Source of the DNA: a virus
Virus record (IMG/VR): IMGVR_UViG_3300019888_000003
Location: 1-64,000 of that record
Strand: one strand, 5' to 3'
Length of the DNA: 64,000 nucleotides
A model generated the notes under the pieces. That model was not told the origin of the DNA and searched no databases. It saw nothing but the letters and a program-made list of their open reading frames with translations. Positions 19,052 to 29,527 of this stretch are shown in pieces. Numbering within the stretch: position 1 is the stretch's first letter; each line of letters opens with the position of its first letter. Made by a program: the position numbers and the translations under genes.

Positions 19052-19798
19052 GTGAGTAAGACGGGGAGTTTAAAATACGTCGGCAAGGCTCCAGCAGCCG
19101 CCAAAGACATGACCAATCGTCTAGCTATCGACGCGGCGTTCGCAGGAGGAACTCAGCGTTCCTATGTCGACAACAAAGTGGCAACCGTGGTGTCGACACT
19201 GTCGCGCAAGGATTACGTGGACGGACAGGACAACGCTTATGCCACCACTGCCTACTATCAGGCCGGGGATGCGCTGCTGATCCCGAATGCGCAGAAGGCA
19301 GCCGTCAACGGTGTCGCCAGTCTCGACTCCGGTTCCAAGATTCCCATTGCGCAGATTCCCGCATTCGGGGCGGGGAACATTCAGGGTCCGTACGGTACGA
19401 CCTCTCGCACGACAGGCACAGCGAACCAGGGAAGTTCCTTCACCATCGCGAACTGGACTCTCGCAGCTCCCGGATTCTCCTGGCGACCGCTCGTCTTCGC
19501 CTCGGTGATCATCAGTGGGGCGGGTTCGACCAGGCCCTGTCTCGAAGCACGACTCAGCGGTACCCTCATCGGGTTCGGCTGGGGTAATGCCTACAACGGA
19601 TACCAGGCGGTCTCGCTTCACCCAGCCCCGGATATCACATCTCAGTCGGGCAATCCTCCGACTTCGTATTCGGGGGCCAGTACCCCGAGTATCTCGTTGA
19701 ACATCGTGGAACCGTTCAACAATTCGGGGATGTCGGTGACCTTCGGCGCTACCGGGTACCTGGTGACGGCGGTGGTGTATCTCGTGAAGATCGGTTGA
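19052..19798 (+). CDS. minor virion/fibre protein, paralog 3
   Basis: GSLKYVG, YVD repeats, NGVASLDSGSKIP. Confidence 0.75.
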   Translation: MSKTGSLKYVGKAPAAAKDMTNRLAIDAAFAGGTQRSYVDNKVATVVSTLSRKDYVDGQDNAYATTAYYQAGDALLIPNAQKAAVNGVASLDSGSKIPIAQIPAFGAGNIQGPYGTTSRTTGTANQGSSFTIANWTLAAPGFSWRPLVFASVIISGAGSTRPCLEARLSGTLIGFGWGNAYNGYQAVSLHPAPDITSQSGNPPTSYSGASTPSISLNIVEPFNNSGMSVTFGATGYLVTAVVYLVKIG

Positions 19799-19844
19799 TG
19801 AAAAGGCTGAGGAGCTGAGAAATAAAATGGGTATCATTACGGAG

Positions 19845-20453
19845 TCAATTGAGGTGACTCCATCTTCTACTGCTGGCTGCGTCGTAACACGTCCACTTGT
19901 TGATCCCAAGTTCCTCGGCGATCTTTTTCACGGTTTCTCCGGCCTCTTTACGAGCACGTATCTGGAGGACGATGGATTCTGTCAAGACAGACCCTCCGTG
20001 ACGTTCACCTATAGCGGATCGCTGATGTTCGACCATGTCTCTGGAGTTGTCGGCTTCGTAACCGATGTCCAGATGTTCTGGGTTGCAGCACGGTGGGTTG
20101 TCGCATACACGATGGCGAACCAACATCCCCTCGGGGATCTCTGCTTCGTGATGAAGCTCCCAAGCCATACGGTGAGCGATGATCCGTTGTCTTCGGTAAC
20201 TGAAGAATCCGTATCCCTCGGATTGGGAGCCAGTCCAGAGCCAACATTCGTTGGGGGCACCTACTCGAACCCGACTCCAGAATCTTTCTTCACGAGTCAT
20301 GGTGGTCGGAACATATGCCGGGGGTCTTGGAACCTCAGGCTTTCCGTCTCGGAGCCATCTCTGATAGCAGGAACGACACATGCCGTTAACGATGGTGGTG
20401 TCTCTCCGATTGCATTCGAAGATGACGCAGGAAACAGGATCGGACAGAATCAC
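19845..20453 (-). CDS. HNH homing endonuclease
   Basis: ERFWSRV..ECWLWTG..AHRMAW..HRVCDNPPCCNPEHL. Confidence 0.92.
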   Translation of the reverse strand: MILSDPVSCVIFECNRRDTTIVNGMCRSCYQRWLRDGKPEVPRPPAYVPTTMTREERFWSRVRVGAPNECWLWTGSQSEGYGFFSYRRQRIIAHRMAWELHHEAEIPEGMLVRHRVCDNPPCCNPEHLDIGYEADNSRDMVEHQRSAIGERHGGSVLTESIVLQIRARKEAGETVKKIAEELGINKWTCYDAASSRRWSHLN

Positions 20454-20479
20454 AAACTACATTGTATAGGACAACCCCA

Positions 20480-21991
20480 ATGGGTATCGTGACGGAAAAT
20501 GGATGGCCTCAAGTTGATGCCGATCAGCTTGACAGGGGTTTGATTCCTGGGACTACCGCTGTCTGTGAAACTCTCGAAGGAGATGTCAACACAATCCTTA
20601 AGGGGTTCGCAGCCTGGTATCACAGGAACGTGGCACCGATAGATATCGGTCCAAGAGATGAGTGGAGCTGGAGTCGGACGAACGATGTCTGGAACTCCAA
20701 CCACCTCTCCGGCACCGCGATGGACATCAATTCCAGCCAGTGGCCCTGGCAGGAATACACCATGCCGCAGTGGATGATCGACAAGATTCGCGTCGGACTG
20801 GGACTGTTCGAGGGCACGGTTTTCTGGGGTCGGGACTGGGACCGTCCCGACGAGATGCACTTCCAGATTCAGGGCAACGCGGAACAGATTGCTCCGTTCG
20901 CCGCGAAGCTACAGGGTGGTTACCTCAACATCTGGGCGGCACCGGACCCCAACGACTTTCCGCTACCGCTCGGTTATTACTACGGACCGCAGGACGGTCC
21001 CGACGAGTCCGTCTCGGGTGAGTGGAGCGGCGATTCGCAAGCGGCCAAGGACGGCTTGGGTCGCTGGCAGGAGGCTCTCGGTCTTCCGGTCACGAAGAAG
21101 TGGAACGACGGTGCCACCTCGAAGGCCGCGACCCTGCTTCAGCTCGACAAGGGCTGGGCACCGCACGGTCACGTCGGATCGTGGGAATGGGACGCCGTCA
21201 TCAAGGACGGTTGGCGACTCAAGGCCCCGCTCTCCGTCATCTCGGACCCCGAGCCGGTCGTGGTCAAGTGGGGCGACTACAGCCAGTATCAGGACGCCTT
21301 CCTGGACGACTCCTACCCCTATCCGGTCATCGCCTTCCGGCTGTCCATCGGTGACACTGTGGATGAGCACGCCGTCGAACAGATGCAGAAGGCGCGCGAT
21401 GCCGTAGCGAGCGGGAAGCTCCAGAAGGTCATCGGCTATCACTTCTTCGTTCCGGGAGTCGACAACCTCGGCACGTTCACCGGGGTCATCACGCAAACAG
21501 GTGGGGTGTTCGCCGAATTGTGCGCGATGGTCGACGTCGAGGACGGCGGGGCCAAGTGGGGTATCTCCGGCGATCAGAGCGCGGAGGTCAACGAGCTGAT
21601 CTCGAAGATCAACGATTATTTCAAGAATCCACAGGCCACAGCGGGGTATCTCAACTTCAACTCCAACGCGGAGTTGTGGCAAACAAGGCCCAACGGCATC
21701 AAGCTCGTCGTTCCTGCCTACAACGGGGCCGACAACGAGCCCTACAGCCCGGACCCACTCTTCGTGCACCAATACACCGACTCCGAGGACACTCCGCCGT
21801 TCGGTCCTACCGACATGAACATCTCCAAGATGCCGCTGCACTCGTGGTTGTCGGCCTGGGGTGTCAACGAGGGAGCGCCGAGCCTGGCTCCGCGCGCCTC
21901 GGAAGCGGTGATACCCCCAGCGGTGATATCTTCGGTGTCCGTCACTGAAGACGACTTGGTTGATCTCATCGCGAGGCAATTCGATGCCTAA
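20480..21991 (+). CDS. lysA: endolysin LysA (M15-type peptidase + PG-binding + GH25-like domain)
   Basis: ENGWP, SNHLSGTAMD, DEMHFQ; C-terminal DYSQYQ..VDVE..HQYTD..DMN. Confidence 0.88.
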   Translation: MGIVTENGWPQVDADQLDRGLIPGTTAVCETLEGDVNTILKGFAAWYHRNVAPIDIGPRDEWSWSRTNDVWNSNHLSGTAMDINSSQWPWQEYTMPQWMIDKIRVGLGLFEGTVFWGRDWDRPDEMHFQIQGNAEQIAPFAAKLQGGYLNIWAAPDPNDFPLPLGYYYGPQDGPDESVSGEWSGDSQAAKDGLGRWQEALGLPVTKKWNDGATSKAATLLQLDKGWAPHGHVGSWEWDAVIKDGWRLKAPLSVISDPEPVVVKWGDYSQYQDAFLDDSYPYPVIAFRLSIGDTVDEHAVEQMQKARDAVASGKLQKVIGYHFFVPGVDNLGTFTGVITQTGGVFAELCAMVDVEDGGAKWGISGDQSAEVNELISKINDYFKNPQATAGYLNFNSNAELWQTRPNGIKLVVPAYNGADNEPYSPDPLFVHQYTDSEDTPPFGPTDMNISKMPLHSWLSAWGVNEGAPSLAPRASEAVIPPAVISSVSVTEDDLVDLIARQFDA

Positions 21992-23354
21992 GATCAGAAA
22001 CCTGAACCCTCTACCCGAGCTTCCCCGACCAATCGGTGGAACGGATCTTGCCATTCCCTTTCGGGCGTTCGGTGTCGTGGGGCTGTGCTACGGCGACAGC
22101 TTCGGAAAGAACGGCAACTCTCTCGTTCCTCAAGTGGGAGGCGATGATTGGCGCTCTCCGATTATCGTATGGACAGAGTCTTCGTCCGATCTCGGCAAGC
22201 CCATTGTCGTCACTGGTGCCGTGAGAGATGGCGCGCAGCTCTGGGATTATCCCCACGACAATGATCAATTCAGTACGGTGCTCCCTACCGATGTGATCGA
22301 GATCGACGGGTCGCTCTACATCTGGGTCATGGTCACCAAGGGACTTGGCCACGAGCAATGGTGTGAGCTGGCGCGCTCCGATGATCATGGGATCACTTGG
22401 AACAACAAAGGCATACGGTGGTCGACGTCGGATTTCGGCTCCAAGCGCGTCATGGTCACCTTCGACCGCAAGCCCGGTTCGAACATCGTGGACATCTTTT
22501 CTACGGGTGGACTCGCGAGGGACAAGGGGATGCTTCGGTGGCGTTGTCACAAGGATTCCCTCCAGGACCCCGCCGCGTGGGATGGGTGGGGTTGGGATGG
22601 TCAGACCTGGGATTGGGGTCGTCCCCCGAGCGAGATTCTGCCGGGGTGGAAGTTCGGCGAGATCGGTTTCCGCTGGATTCAAGGCAATGCTGTGCTCTCG
22701 GGGTTCGATGCCGGTAACTATTCGATTTTCGTCAAGGTCGGCGAGAGCACCGATGTCAATTGGACCAAGATCACGACATACCGTCCCATCACTGGTCTTC
22801 CGCGTGGTGTCGATACGGTGTCCCGGCTCTACGGTGGATATGTACACCCGAACTCGAAGTTCGACGGCACATTCGCGGTGATCGTCTCGGAATGGGCTTC
22901 CTCTGGTAACCCATACCGAGCCATGCAGTTTCAGGTCTTCGGCATCAAGGCCGCAGGTCCGATTGTGGAGGACATACCAAGCGTGAGTGTCGACTCGGCT
23001 GCACTATCGAACGAAGGAATTGACATGTCCGCAGAAGAAGCCCTACAGAAGATCGCTCAAGAGCTGTCGGCGTCGGGGGACGTCAAGCTCACTTTGGCAA
23101 ATGGGCGCAACGTATCTCTCCGTCAAGCGTTGGCAGAGATCCTATGGAAGTGCAACGCCCGATTGGCCGTATCTGGTGACGTCAATATCAAGCGTCCGGT
23201 GGCCGCGACCGAAGGTGATGATCAGTTCGGTCATGTGTTGTCTGCGCGCGGAGAACTGAATATCTTGATTGCGTTGCAACGCAAAGCATCCGAGCTGGGT
23301 CGACTTCTCACCGTCGCTGAACACGACGCCGTCGTCACGGCGATGACGAAATGA
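21984..23354 (+). CDS. DUF4185 (GH183 endo-D-arabinanase-like) lysis protein
   Basis: GTDLAI, YGDSF, WRSP, S.D.G.TW Asp-box, LYGGY; lies between lysA and holin. Confidence 0.82.
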   Translation: MPKIRNLNPLPELPRPIGGTDLAIPFRAFGVVGLCYGDSFGKNGNSLVPQVGGDDWRSPIIVWTESSSDLGKPIVVTGAVRDGAQLWDYPHDNDQFSTVLPTDVIEIDGSLYIWVMVTKGLGHEQWCELARSDDHGITWNNKGIRWSTSDFGSKRVMVTFDRKPGSNIVDIFSTGGLARDKGMLRWRCHKDSLQDPAAWDGWGWDGQTWDWGRPPSEILPGWKFGEIGFRWIQGNAVLSGFDAGNYSIFVKVGESTDVNWTKITTYRPITGLPRGVDTVSRLYGGYVHPNSKFDGTFAVIVSEWASSGNPYRAMQFQVFGIKAAGPIVEDIPSVSVDSAALSNEGIDMSAEEALQKIAQELSASGDVKLTLANGRNVSLRQALAEILWKCNARLAVSGDVNIKRPVAATEGDDQFGHVLSARGELNILIALQRKASELGRLLTVAEHDAVVTAMTK

Positions 23355-23890
23355 GTATGGGCGAAGGGCAGCAGGGCAACGTTCCCGTTCCTCCTGCGGC
23401 TGTGTCTCCTGTCGGTGCACAGGCTGACTTCCTCGACACCGTGCGCAAGGAGGCAGCAGCAGCCGCAGAGGCGGCGTGGAAGCAGAATCAGGCGGCGTTC
23501 CAGGAGCAGATCGTCAATTATGCACAGCAGGCCGCGATGGGGGCGGTGTTGGGCAAGGGTGTCCCGAATGCCATCCCTACAGTCACCGGGAGGACGATCA
23601 CCGGAAAGGATCTCAAGATCGCCTCTGCCAAGAATCGCAGTTTTCGCACATTCGTTCAGGGGTTGGGTATCGACCTAGGGTTCGCATTGGTCACTCTGCT
23701 GGGGCTGGCCTTCATGAACTTCGACTTCTTTTCCAAGACGGCATGGGTCACATTGGCCGCGCTGGTGGTCAAGACCGTTATCCAGACTGCCGTGTCGTAT
23801 GTAGCTCGAATGAAAATTACGCCGACGTACGACCTCGAACCCGAGGGAGTGGGCGTGCAGGAGACAGTCGTCTCCGGTTCCAAGGTCTAG
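23351..23890 (+). CDS. holin
   Basis: RSFRTFVQGL followed by two TM helices; lysis cassette position. Confidence 0.7.
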   Translation: MSMGEGQQGNVPVPPAAVSPVGAQADFLDTVRKEAAAAAEAAWKQNQAAFQEQIVNYAQQAAMGAVLGKGVPNAIPTVTGRTITGKDLKIASAKNRSFRTFVQGLGIDLGFALVTLLGLAFMNFDFFSKTAWVTLAALVVKTVIQTAVSYVARMKITPTYDLEPEGVGVQETVVSGSKV

Positions 23891-23899
23891 TCTCTCGAT

Positions 23900-26767
23900 A
23901 TGCGTGCCAATGGCCAGAAGGATCTGCTGACTGACCTGAAATTCGACCCTGTGCAGGCGTTTCGGAGTGGTTTGGACCCGAAACCCCAGTGGGATTCGAT
24001 CATTGAGTTCGCTACGCACCGATCTTTCTGTGGTCTGCGGCTCTATCCCCGGCAGATCACGCTGCTGCGTCTGATTTACCTCGAAACCGAGACGATGACG
24101 GCCTACGACCTCGACGTGATCGAGCAATGGCGAGAGGGTTTCCTGAATCACGACTCTCCCGAGGGCGTGCAGACCGACATCTGGGACCGGATTCAGTACC
24201 TCAAGGAGCGCGGATACCGGCATTTCCCGCATATCGAGGCGATTATCGGGCGACGTGGGTCCAAGGGCAAGATCGGGGGCGTTCTCGGTGCTGAAAAGAT
24301 GGCATATCTCTACAGTCTGGACGATTGGCAGAGCCATTACGGAGTGAGCCCCGGCAAGGACGGTTTCCTGTCGGTGGTGGCGGTCAACTCCATCCAGGCC
24401 AAGAAGTTTCAGTTCGCGGATATTCGCGAAACGGTCGAGAACTGCAAATATCTTCAGTCCGCCATTGCCACATCGAACGGCTACGAGGTGGCCTTGCGCA
24501 CGCCTGCTGATCTGAGGCGAATCGCGTACTTGCACAAGAACAAAATCCCTATCGAGCACCAAATTGCTTCGCTGCACGCGACGGCGATGTCGTCGAACTC
24601 CGCCTCCGGTCGTGGTGCGACGGGATTTGCGAACATCTACGACGAGTTCGCCCACATGATCACCAACACCGGAAGCCAGCGGTCGAGCGAGGAAATCTAC
24701 GAGGCCTATCAGCCCTCCCTCGACCAGTTCGGCAAGGACTCGCTGACTTACATCCCTTCTTCGCCCTTCTGTCTCAGTCCGGAAACTCCGGTGCTTACCG
24801 ACGATCTGCGCTGGGTACCAGTTGGATCGTTGCAGGTGGGAGACAAGCTGGTCGGCTTCGACGAAGACGCACCAAGCCGAGGTGTAGGCCGACGATGGCA
24901 GCAGGCAGAGGTCACCGAAACCTCGGTGATTCGCGCACCCCGCTACACGATCACGATGTCGAGCGGGCGGCAGATCACCTCGACCAGCGAGCATCGCTGG
25001 CTTACGTCGTGGGCATCGCAGAAGTCGCGCTGGGATTGGCGTAAGACCTCCGAGCTAAAGCCAGGCGACCGCATCAAGTCGATTGGTGTCGATCCGTGGG
25101 GCACCGACAACACCCGAGAGGGCGGCTACCTCGCTGGCATTTTCGACGGCGAGGGGCACCTGTCCGGTCAGGTCGGACGCAACATGACGCTGGGCTTCAC
25201 GCAGAATCGCGGACCAGTGCGAGAGCGCGTCTACGACCTGTTAACCGAGCGCGGCTACAAGGTGCAGGACTACACAGGCGAGTCGTCGCGCATCAGCAAA
25301 ATGCGAATCGGCGGCTCCGTAGGCGACGTGATGCGCTTCCTCGGCTCGGTTCGCCCCGAGCGTTTGCTGCCGAAGTTCGGCGACATGTTCTATGGCTCGC
25401 GCATCTACGGACCAGCCAGTCAGGCAGTCGAGACTGTGGTTTCCGTCGAATACAAGGACGAGGGCGACGTGATTGCACTCGGTACCTCGACGGCCACTCT
25501 GGTAGCCGATGGCTTGCTCAGCCATAACACTCAGGTCGGACATTTCTTTTCCCTCTACAAGGAGGGGAAGGTGCTGATGAGCACCTTCGACAAGGAGACC
25601 GGAGAGACGCGGCTGGAGGAGAAGACCGCCAGGGAGCTAGGGCACAGTGACGGGGATGCGGAGCGCAAGGTCGTTGAACTTGCTGCCAACCCCGAGATGC
25701 TGGTTGTTCAGTTGCCGAGTTGGGGGCTCTACGAGGATTGGCGCAAGTCGCCCACACTTGGTGGGCCTCTGTTCAAGCGCCCCATTCAGGCCTACGACGA
25801 GCGCATGATGCGGCTTGAGCGCAGCAACCCGCAGAAGTTCAACGTCGAGCGTCGCAGTCAGTTCGCTTCCGTGGTCGATGCGTTCATGGACCCGCGCAAG
25901 GTCGAGGCGATGTTCGATCCGGTGCCCTGGCGAGAGAAGCTGGTTCCCCAAGATCGCGGACGTGTCGACCGTCGCTACTACGTTCACATCGACCCTGGTC
26001 TCACCAACGCCAACTTCGCGCTGGCCATCGCTCACTTGGAGTACGCGCCCGTCGACGATTACGGCGACGTGTGGCCACACGTCATTATCGACTTCCTCAA
26101 AGTGTGGAAGCCTGGGGACTACGAGGACCACACCATCGACTACGTTCAGGTGCAGCGCGAGGTCGCTGCGACTCTGCGTAAGTTCCCCTCCACTCACATT
26201 TTCTCCGCAGACCAGTGGAACAGCGCCGGAATGCTGGCGGCGCTACGCGAGGAGTTCGGTGCGTCTATCCAGATCAAGGAAGAGACGTTCACCGACATCT
26301 ACAACCAGGAGCGCATGGACCGCATGAAGTCGGCCATCAACCTGGGTTGGGTGCACAGCTACCGCGACAACTTCTACGGTGACGGTGATTGCCTGTTGGA
26401 GTTGGAAATGAAGTTTCTTCAGAAAAAGGGCAAGAAGGTCGACAAGCAAGAGTTCGGGCCTGTGACGACCAAAGACCTCTTCGACGCGGTGAACGTCGTA
26501 ACAGATCGAATGCTCAAGGACGACTTGGACCGCTGGCAGGCGAAGATGCTGGGCACTGTATCGACGGCCATCGGCAGTTCCAACGTCGCCGGGATTCGCA
26601 GTGGGCGGGATCTGGATCGGCTCAATGCACTCAAGTCCGGGGCTCGAAGACTGCAAGGTCCTATGACTGCTCGGGAGAAGCTGCGTGAACAGACTCGGCA
26701 GCGCTCCACCACACACGGCATCGGCGTAGGAGGGGGCACGTCGCGCCTGCGGGGGATCAGGGGGTAG
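23900..26767 (+). CDS. terL: terminase large subunit with intein
   Basis: GRRGSKG Walker A, YDEFAH Walker B, SSP motif, HIDPG..N.FA nuclease, DQWNS, KDLFDAV. Confidence 0.92.
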   Translation: MRANGQKDLLTDLKFDPVQAFRSGLDPKPQWDSIIEFATHRSFCGLRLYPRQITLLRLIYLETETMTAYDLDVIEQWREGFLNHDSPEGVQTDIWDRIQYLKERGYRHFPHIEAIIGRRGSKGKIGGVLGAEKMAYLYSLDDWQSHYGVSPGKDGFLSVVAVNSIQAKKFQFADIRETVENCKYLQSAIATSNGYEVALRTPADLRRIAYLHKNKIPIEHQIASLHATAMSSNSASGRGATGFANIYDEFAHMITNTGSQRSSEEIYEAYQPSLDQFGKDSLTYIPSSPFCLSPETPVLTDDLRWVPVGSLQVGDKLVGFDEDAPSRGVGRRWQQAEVTETSVIRAPRYTITMSSGRQITSTSEHRWLTSWASQKSRWDWRKTSELKPGDRIKSIGVDPWGTDNTREGGYLAGIFDGEGHLSGQVGRNMTLGFTQNRGPVRERVYDLLTERGYKVQDYTGESSRISKMRIGGSVGDVMRFLGSVRPERLLPKFGDMFYGSRIYGPASQAVETVVSVEYKDEGDVIALGTSTATLVADGLLSHNTQVGHFFSLYKEGKVLMSTFDKETGETRLEEKTARELGHSDGDAERKVVELAANPEMLVVQLPSWGLYEDWRKSPTLGGPLFKRPIQAYDERMMRLERSNPQKFNVERRSQFASVVDAFMDPRKVEAMFDPVPWREKLVPQDRGRVDRRYYVHIDPGLTNANFALAIAHLEYAPVDDYGDVWPHVIIDFLKVWKPGDYEDHTIDYVQVQREVAATLRKFPSTHIFSADQWNSAGMLAALREEFGASIQIKEETFTDIYNQERMDRMKSAINLGWVHSYRDNFYGDGDCLLELEMKFLQKKGKKVDKQEFGPVTTKDLFDAVNVVTDRMLKDDLDRWQAKMLGTVSTAIGSSNVAGIRSGRDLDRLNALKSGARRLQGPMTAREKLREQTRQRSTTHGIGVGGGTSRLRGIRG
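24770..25528 (+). mobile_element. intein (253 aa) with LAGLIDADG-type endonuclease
   Basis: starts CLSPETPVL, TSEHRWL block B, YLAGIFDGEG, ends SHN followed by Thr. Confidence 0.93.
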
Positions 26768-26774
26768 TCATGGC

Positions 26775-27221
26775 CTAGTTCGGATGATGATGTTCGGTGA
26801 CATTTCCCAATTTTCTTTCCAGTATGTTCAGGCGTTGTAGAAGTCTTTCGGTTTTTCCGTTCCCGACCTGAGCGATAATGTCGCGCAGGGTGGGTAACAG
26901 ATCTTGTAGGGCAGTGCTGCTCTGTTGCAATAGACGCGAGGTCGCAAGCAACTGCTGGCGTGTCTTGGTCAGTTCGGACTCGGTCGCCTCCAGTCTGCCT
27001 TCGGTCTGGGTCAGGCGTTTGTCCTGTCCAGTAGCCTGCTTTTCATATAATTCGATCATGGTGGAGGTGGCATTGGCGATCACTTCTGATGCCTCGGCCC
27101 TGATTGTCTTCTGTTCGTCTTTGATTTTGTTCTTGTTCAGAACACCGAGCACGAGCGCAGAGAAACCACCGCTCCCGAACACAGCAACGACGACGGCGAT
27201 TATTACTTGGGCGGAGTCCAT
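26775..27221 (-). CDS. membrane-anchored coiled-coil protein
   Basis: N-terminal TM (IIAVVVAVFGSGG) plus heptads. Confidence 0.75.
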   Translation of the reverse strand: MDSAQVIIAVVVAVFGSGGFSALVLGVLNKNKIKDEQKTIRAEASEVIANATSTMIELYEKQATGQDKRLTQTEGRLEATESELTKTRQQLLATSRLLQQSSTALQDLLPTLRDIIAQVGNGKTERLLQRLNILERKLGNVTEHHHPN

Positions 27222-27224
27222 GAA

Positions 27225-27779
27225 CTACTCCCCCTTTCCGTCTTCGGTTATTTCGATCTCTGGCATTTCGCCGGTCTTGGCCTCTTCCGTGACCATCTGA
27301 CTTCTCTCCTTGGCCTGTTCGACCAGTTGACGCTCTACCTCTTCGGCCAACTTCTGCTCACGTTTTTTTCTTGTGGGCCATAGCTCACGCACAATACGGT
27401 AGCTCCGTCTGAGCATGATGGCACCGATCAGAAACAGGATTGGTACCGTGAGCGATCCAGCGATCTGGGCAGGGGAAAGGATGATTGCCGTGGCATAGGA
27501 GAACAGTAATCCCGCCAGCGTGAGCTGCCCGGACAGCTCCAGCATCATTCCCCACTCGTCGTCTGGGATGAGTGTCCCGATGAGAATCACCGCCGATGCG
27601 ATGACCAGACTCCAGGCCCAAATGGTCTGAAACAGCGGCCCTGTCGTTGCAGCCAGGGTGGGTGGGACGACACCGTAATAGAGCTGCCCGATACCGGACA
27701 GAAAGAACAGGGCGATGAACCCGACTTGCCATTCGTTTCGTGCCGCCTTGTGCACAAGGTTCGTTGTGCTAATGGTCAT
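27225..27779 (-). CDS. 4-TM membrane protein
   Basis: hydrophobic helices, charged tail, RBS GGAG. Confidence 0.75.
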   Translation of the reverse strand: MTISTTNLVHKAARNEWQVGFIALFFLSGIGQLYYGVVPPTLAATTGPLFQTIWAWSLVIASAVILIGTLIPDDEWGMMLELSGQLTLAGLLFSYATAIILSPAQIAGSLTVPILFLIGAIMLRRSYRIVRELWPTRKKREQKLAEEVERQLVEQAKERSQMVTEEAKTGEMPEIEITEDGKGE

Positions 27780-27988
27780 GTCGCTACTCCGGTTCTCGGT
27801 GGCTGTGTTCGGGAACTGGGGCCGAAGGGACAGTGAACGGCACGATGGATAACGTGGTGAGCAATGTGGCCTTGACCGCGACGGTGCGGTAGTTCATGGG
27901 ATCCATCATGCGCCCTCCGCGTGGACGCTAGACTTCGGATAGTGTTAACACACTTTCCACCTCCACCAACCTGAGGAGGTTGTTCCAG

Positions 27989-28183
27989 GTGCATCATCGT
28001 TTTCTCGACTCGCCCAGTGCCCAGCTCGAAGAAAATATCGTCATCCCTCTCGACGAGCAGAAACAGGCCTCCAGGATTGTCGCGGACAAGGTGGCGGTAG
28101 TTGTCGACGGACGGGTGAGCAACCCTCAAGAGGTGCTCGGAATACTTCAGATGCTGGGGCTTGCCCCTTCCGATTTCACGTAA
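27989..28183 (+). CDS. small hypothetical protein
   Basis: RBS GAGGAGG; C-terminal ILQMLGL. Confidence 0.55.
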   Translation: MHHRFLDSPSAQLEENIVIPLDEQKQASRIVADKVAVVVDGRVSNPQEVLGILQMLGLAPSDFT

Positions 28184-28192
28184 GGAAATCCT

Positions 28193-28999
28193 TTGACGAT
28201 CAACGCCGATTACGAAGAGCTGCTCGATGAGATACTCACTCACGGTTCGAGCAAGGGTGATCGCACCGGAACCGGAACTTTCTCGTTGTTTGCGCGACAG
28301 CTCCGCTACGACCTTTCCAAGGGATTTCCCCTGATTACCACCAAGAAAATTTTTACGAAGGCAGTCGTTCACGAGCTGATTTGGTTCTTGTCCGGGGCGA
28401 CGAATATTAAATATCTCATCGACAACGATGTTCACATCTGGGACGACTGGGCTGACAATGACGGTGAGCTGGGTCCGGTCTATGGATATCAGTGGCGGCA
28501 CTGGGGTCAGGATGACATGGACTGGGAGGGAATCGACCAGATCGCTGCGCTCATCGAGGGCATTCGCAAGGACCCCGAAGGTCGACGGCACATCGTCACG
28601 GCGTGGAATCCCAGCGATCTCTCCCAACAGGCACTTCCGCCGTGCCATTACGCCTTCCAGTGCTACGTCGCGGACGGCAAGCTGAGTCTGATCATCAATC
28701 AGCGCTCGTGTGACATGTTCCTAGGCGTGCCGTTCAACATCGCCAGCTATGCCCTGCTCACGCACATGATCGCAGCGCAGACCGATCTGGAGGTCGGGGA
28801 GTTTGTGTGGAGCGGAGCGGACTGTCACATCTACCTGAATCATGTCGCACAGGTGGAGCAGCAGCTCTCGCGCGTGCCCTACCCCTTCCCGACACTGAAG
28901 CTAGCGAAGCGAGACAGCATCTTCGACTATCGCTACGAGGACATCGTGATCGAGGACTACACGTGCCACCCGGCCATTCGCGCAGAGGTCGCAGTGTAA
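28193..28999 (+). CDS. thyA: thymidylate synthase
   Basis: [41 protein letters not shown]. Confidence 0.97.
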   Translation: MTINADYEELLDEILTHGSSKGDRTGTGTFSLFARQLRYDLSKGFPLITTKKIFTKAVVHELIWFLSGATNIKYLIDNDVHIWDDWADNDGELGPVYGYQWRHWGQDDMDWEGIDQIAALIEGIRKDPEGRRHIVTAWNPSDLSQQALPPCHYAFQCYVADGKLSLIINQRSCDMFLGVPFNIASYALLTHMIAAQTDLEVGEFVWSGADCHIYLNHVAQVEQQLSRVPYPFPTLKLAKRDSIFDYRYEDIVIEDYTCHPAIRAEVAV

Positions 29000-29020
29000 G
29001 AAGCCTGAGGAGGCAACGAC

Positions 29021-29527
29021 ATGACGACGATATTGTCCATAGACCCAGGCAACACTGAGAGCGGGTGGGCGTTGATCGACGCCAATACTCGGGGGGCGCT
29101 CCAGTTCGGCAAGTCCAGCAACAACGACCTGCGTACGTGGTTGCTCGACGGAGAACTGAAGGCCGATTTCTGCGCTATCGAAATGGTGGCGTCCTACGGC
29201 ATGGCGGTCGGCAAGGACGTGTTCGAGACCTGTGTGTGGATCGGTCGGTTTCTCGAATGCGTAGAAGGATGTGTGGAAGGGGGAACGCGGCTCGTCTATC
29301 GTCGCCCGGTCAAGATGCACTTCTGCCACAGTGCCAAGGCCAAGGACTCCAACGTCACTCAGGCCCTGGTAGATCGGTTCGCTCCAGGTCAGCCCAATCA
29401 CGGCAAGGGGACGAAGGTTGCGCCGGGATGGTTCCACGGCTTCAGGTCCGACGTCTGGCAAAGTTATGCATTGGCTGTCTACATGGCTGACTTGCTTGAG
29501 GAGCGCAACGGAGATCCCATCGCATGA
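29021..29527 (+). CDS. RuvC-like Holliday junction resolvase
   Basis: ILSIDPG..SGW, AIE, VFET..WIGRF, DVWQSYALA. Confidence 0.75.
   Translation: MTTILSIDPGNTESGWALIDANTRGALQFGKSSNNDLRTWLLDGELKADFCAIEMVASYGMAVGKDVFETCVWIGRFLECVEGCVEGGTRLVYRRPVKMHFCHSAKAKDSNVTQALVDRFAPGQPNHGKGTKVAPGWFHGFRSDVWQSYALAVYMADLLEERNGDPIA

Noticed and set aside
17635-20492. plus-strand ORFs 17635-18324 and 19827-20492 (also 63230-63754)
   Set aside because: Antisense shadows of clear HNH genes
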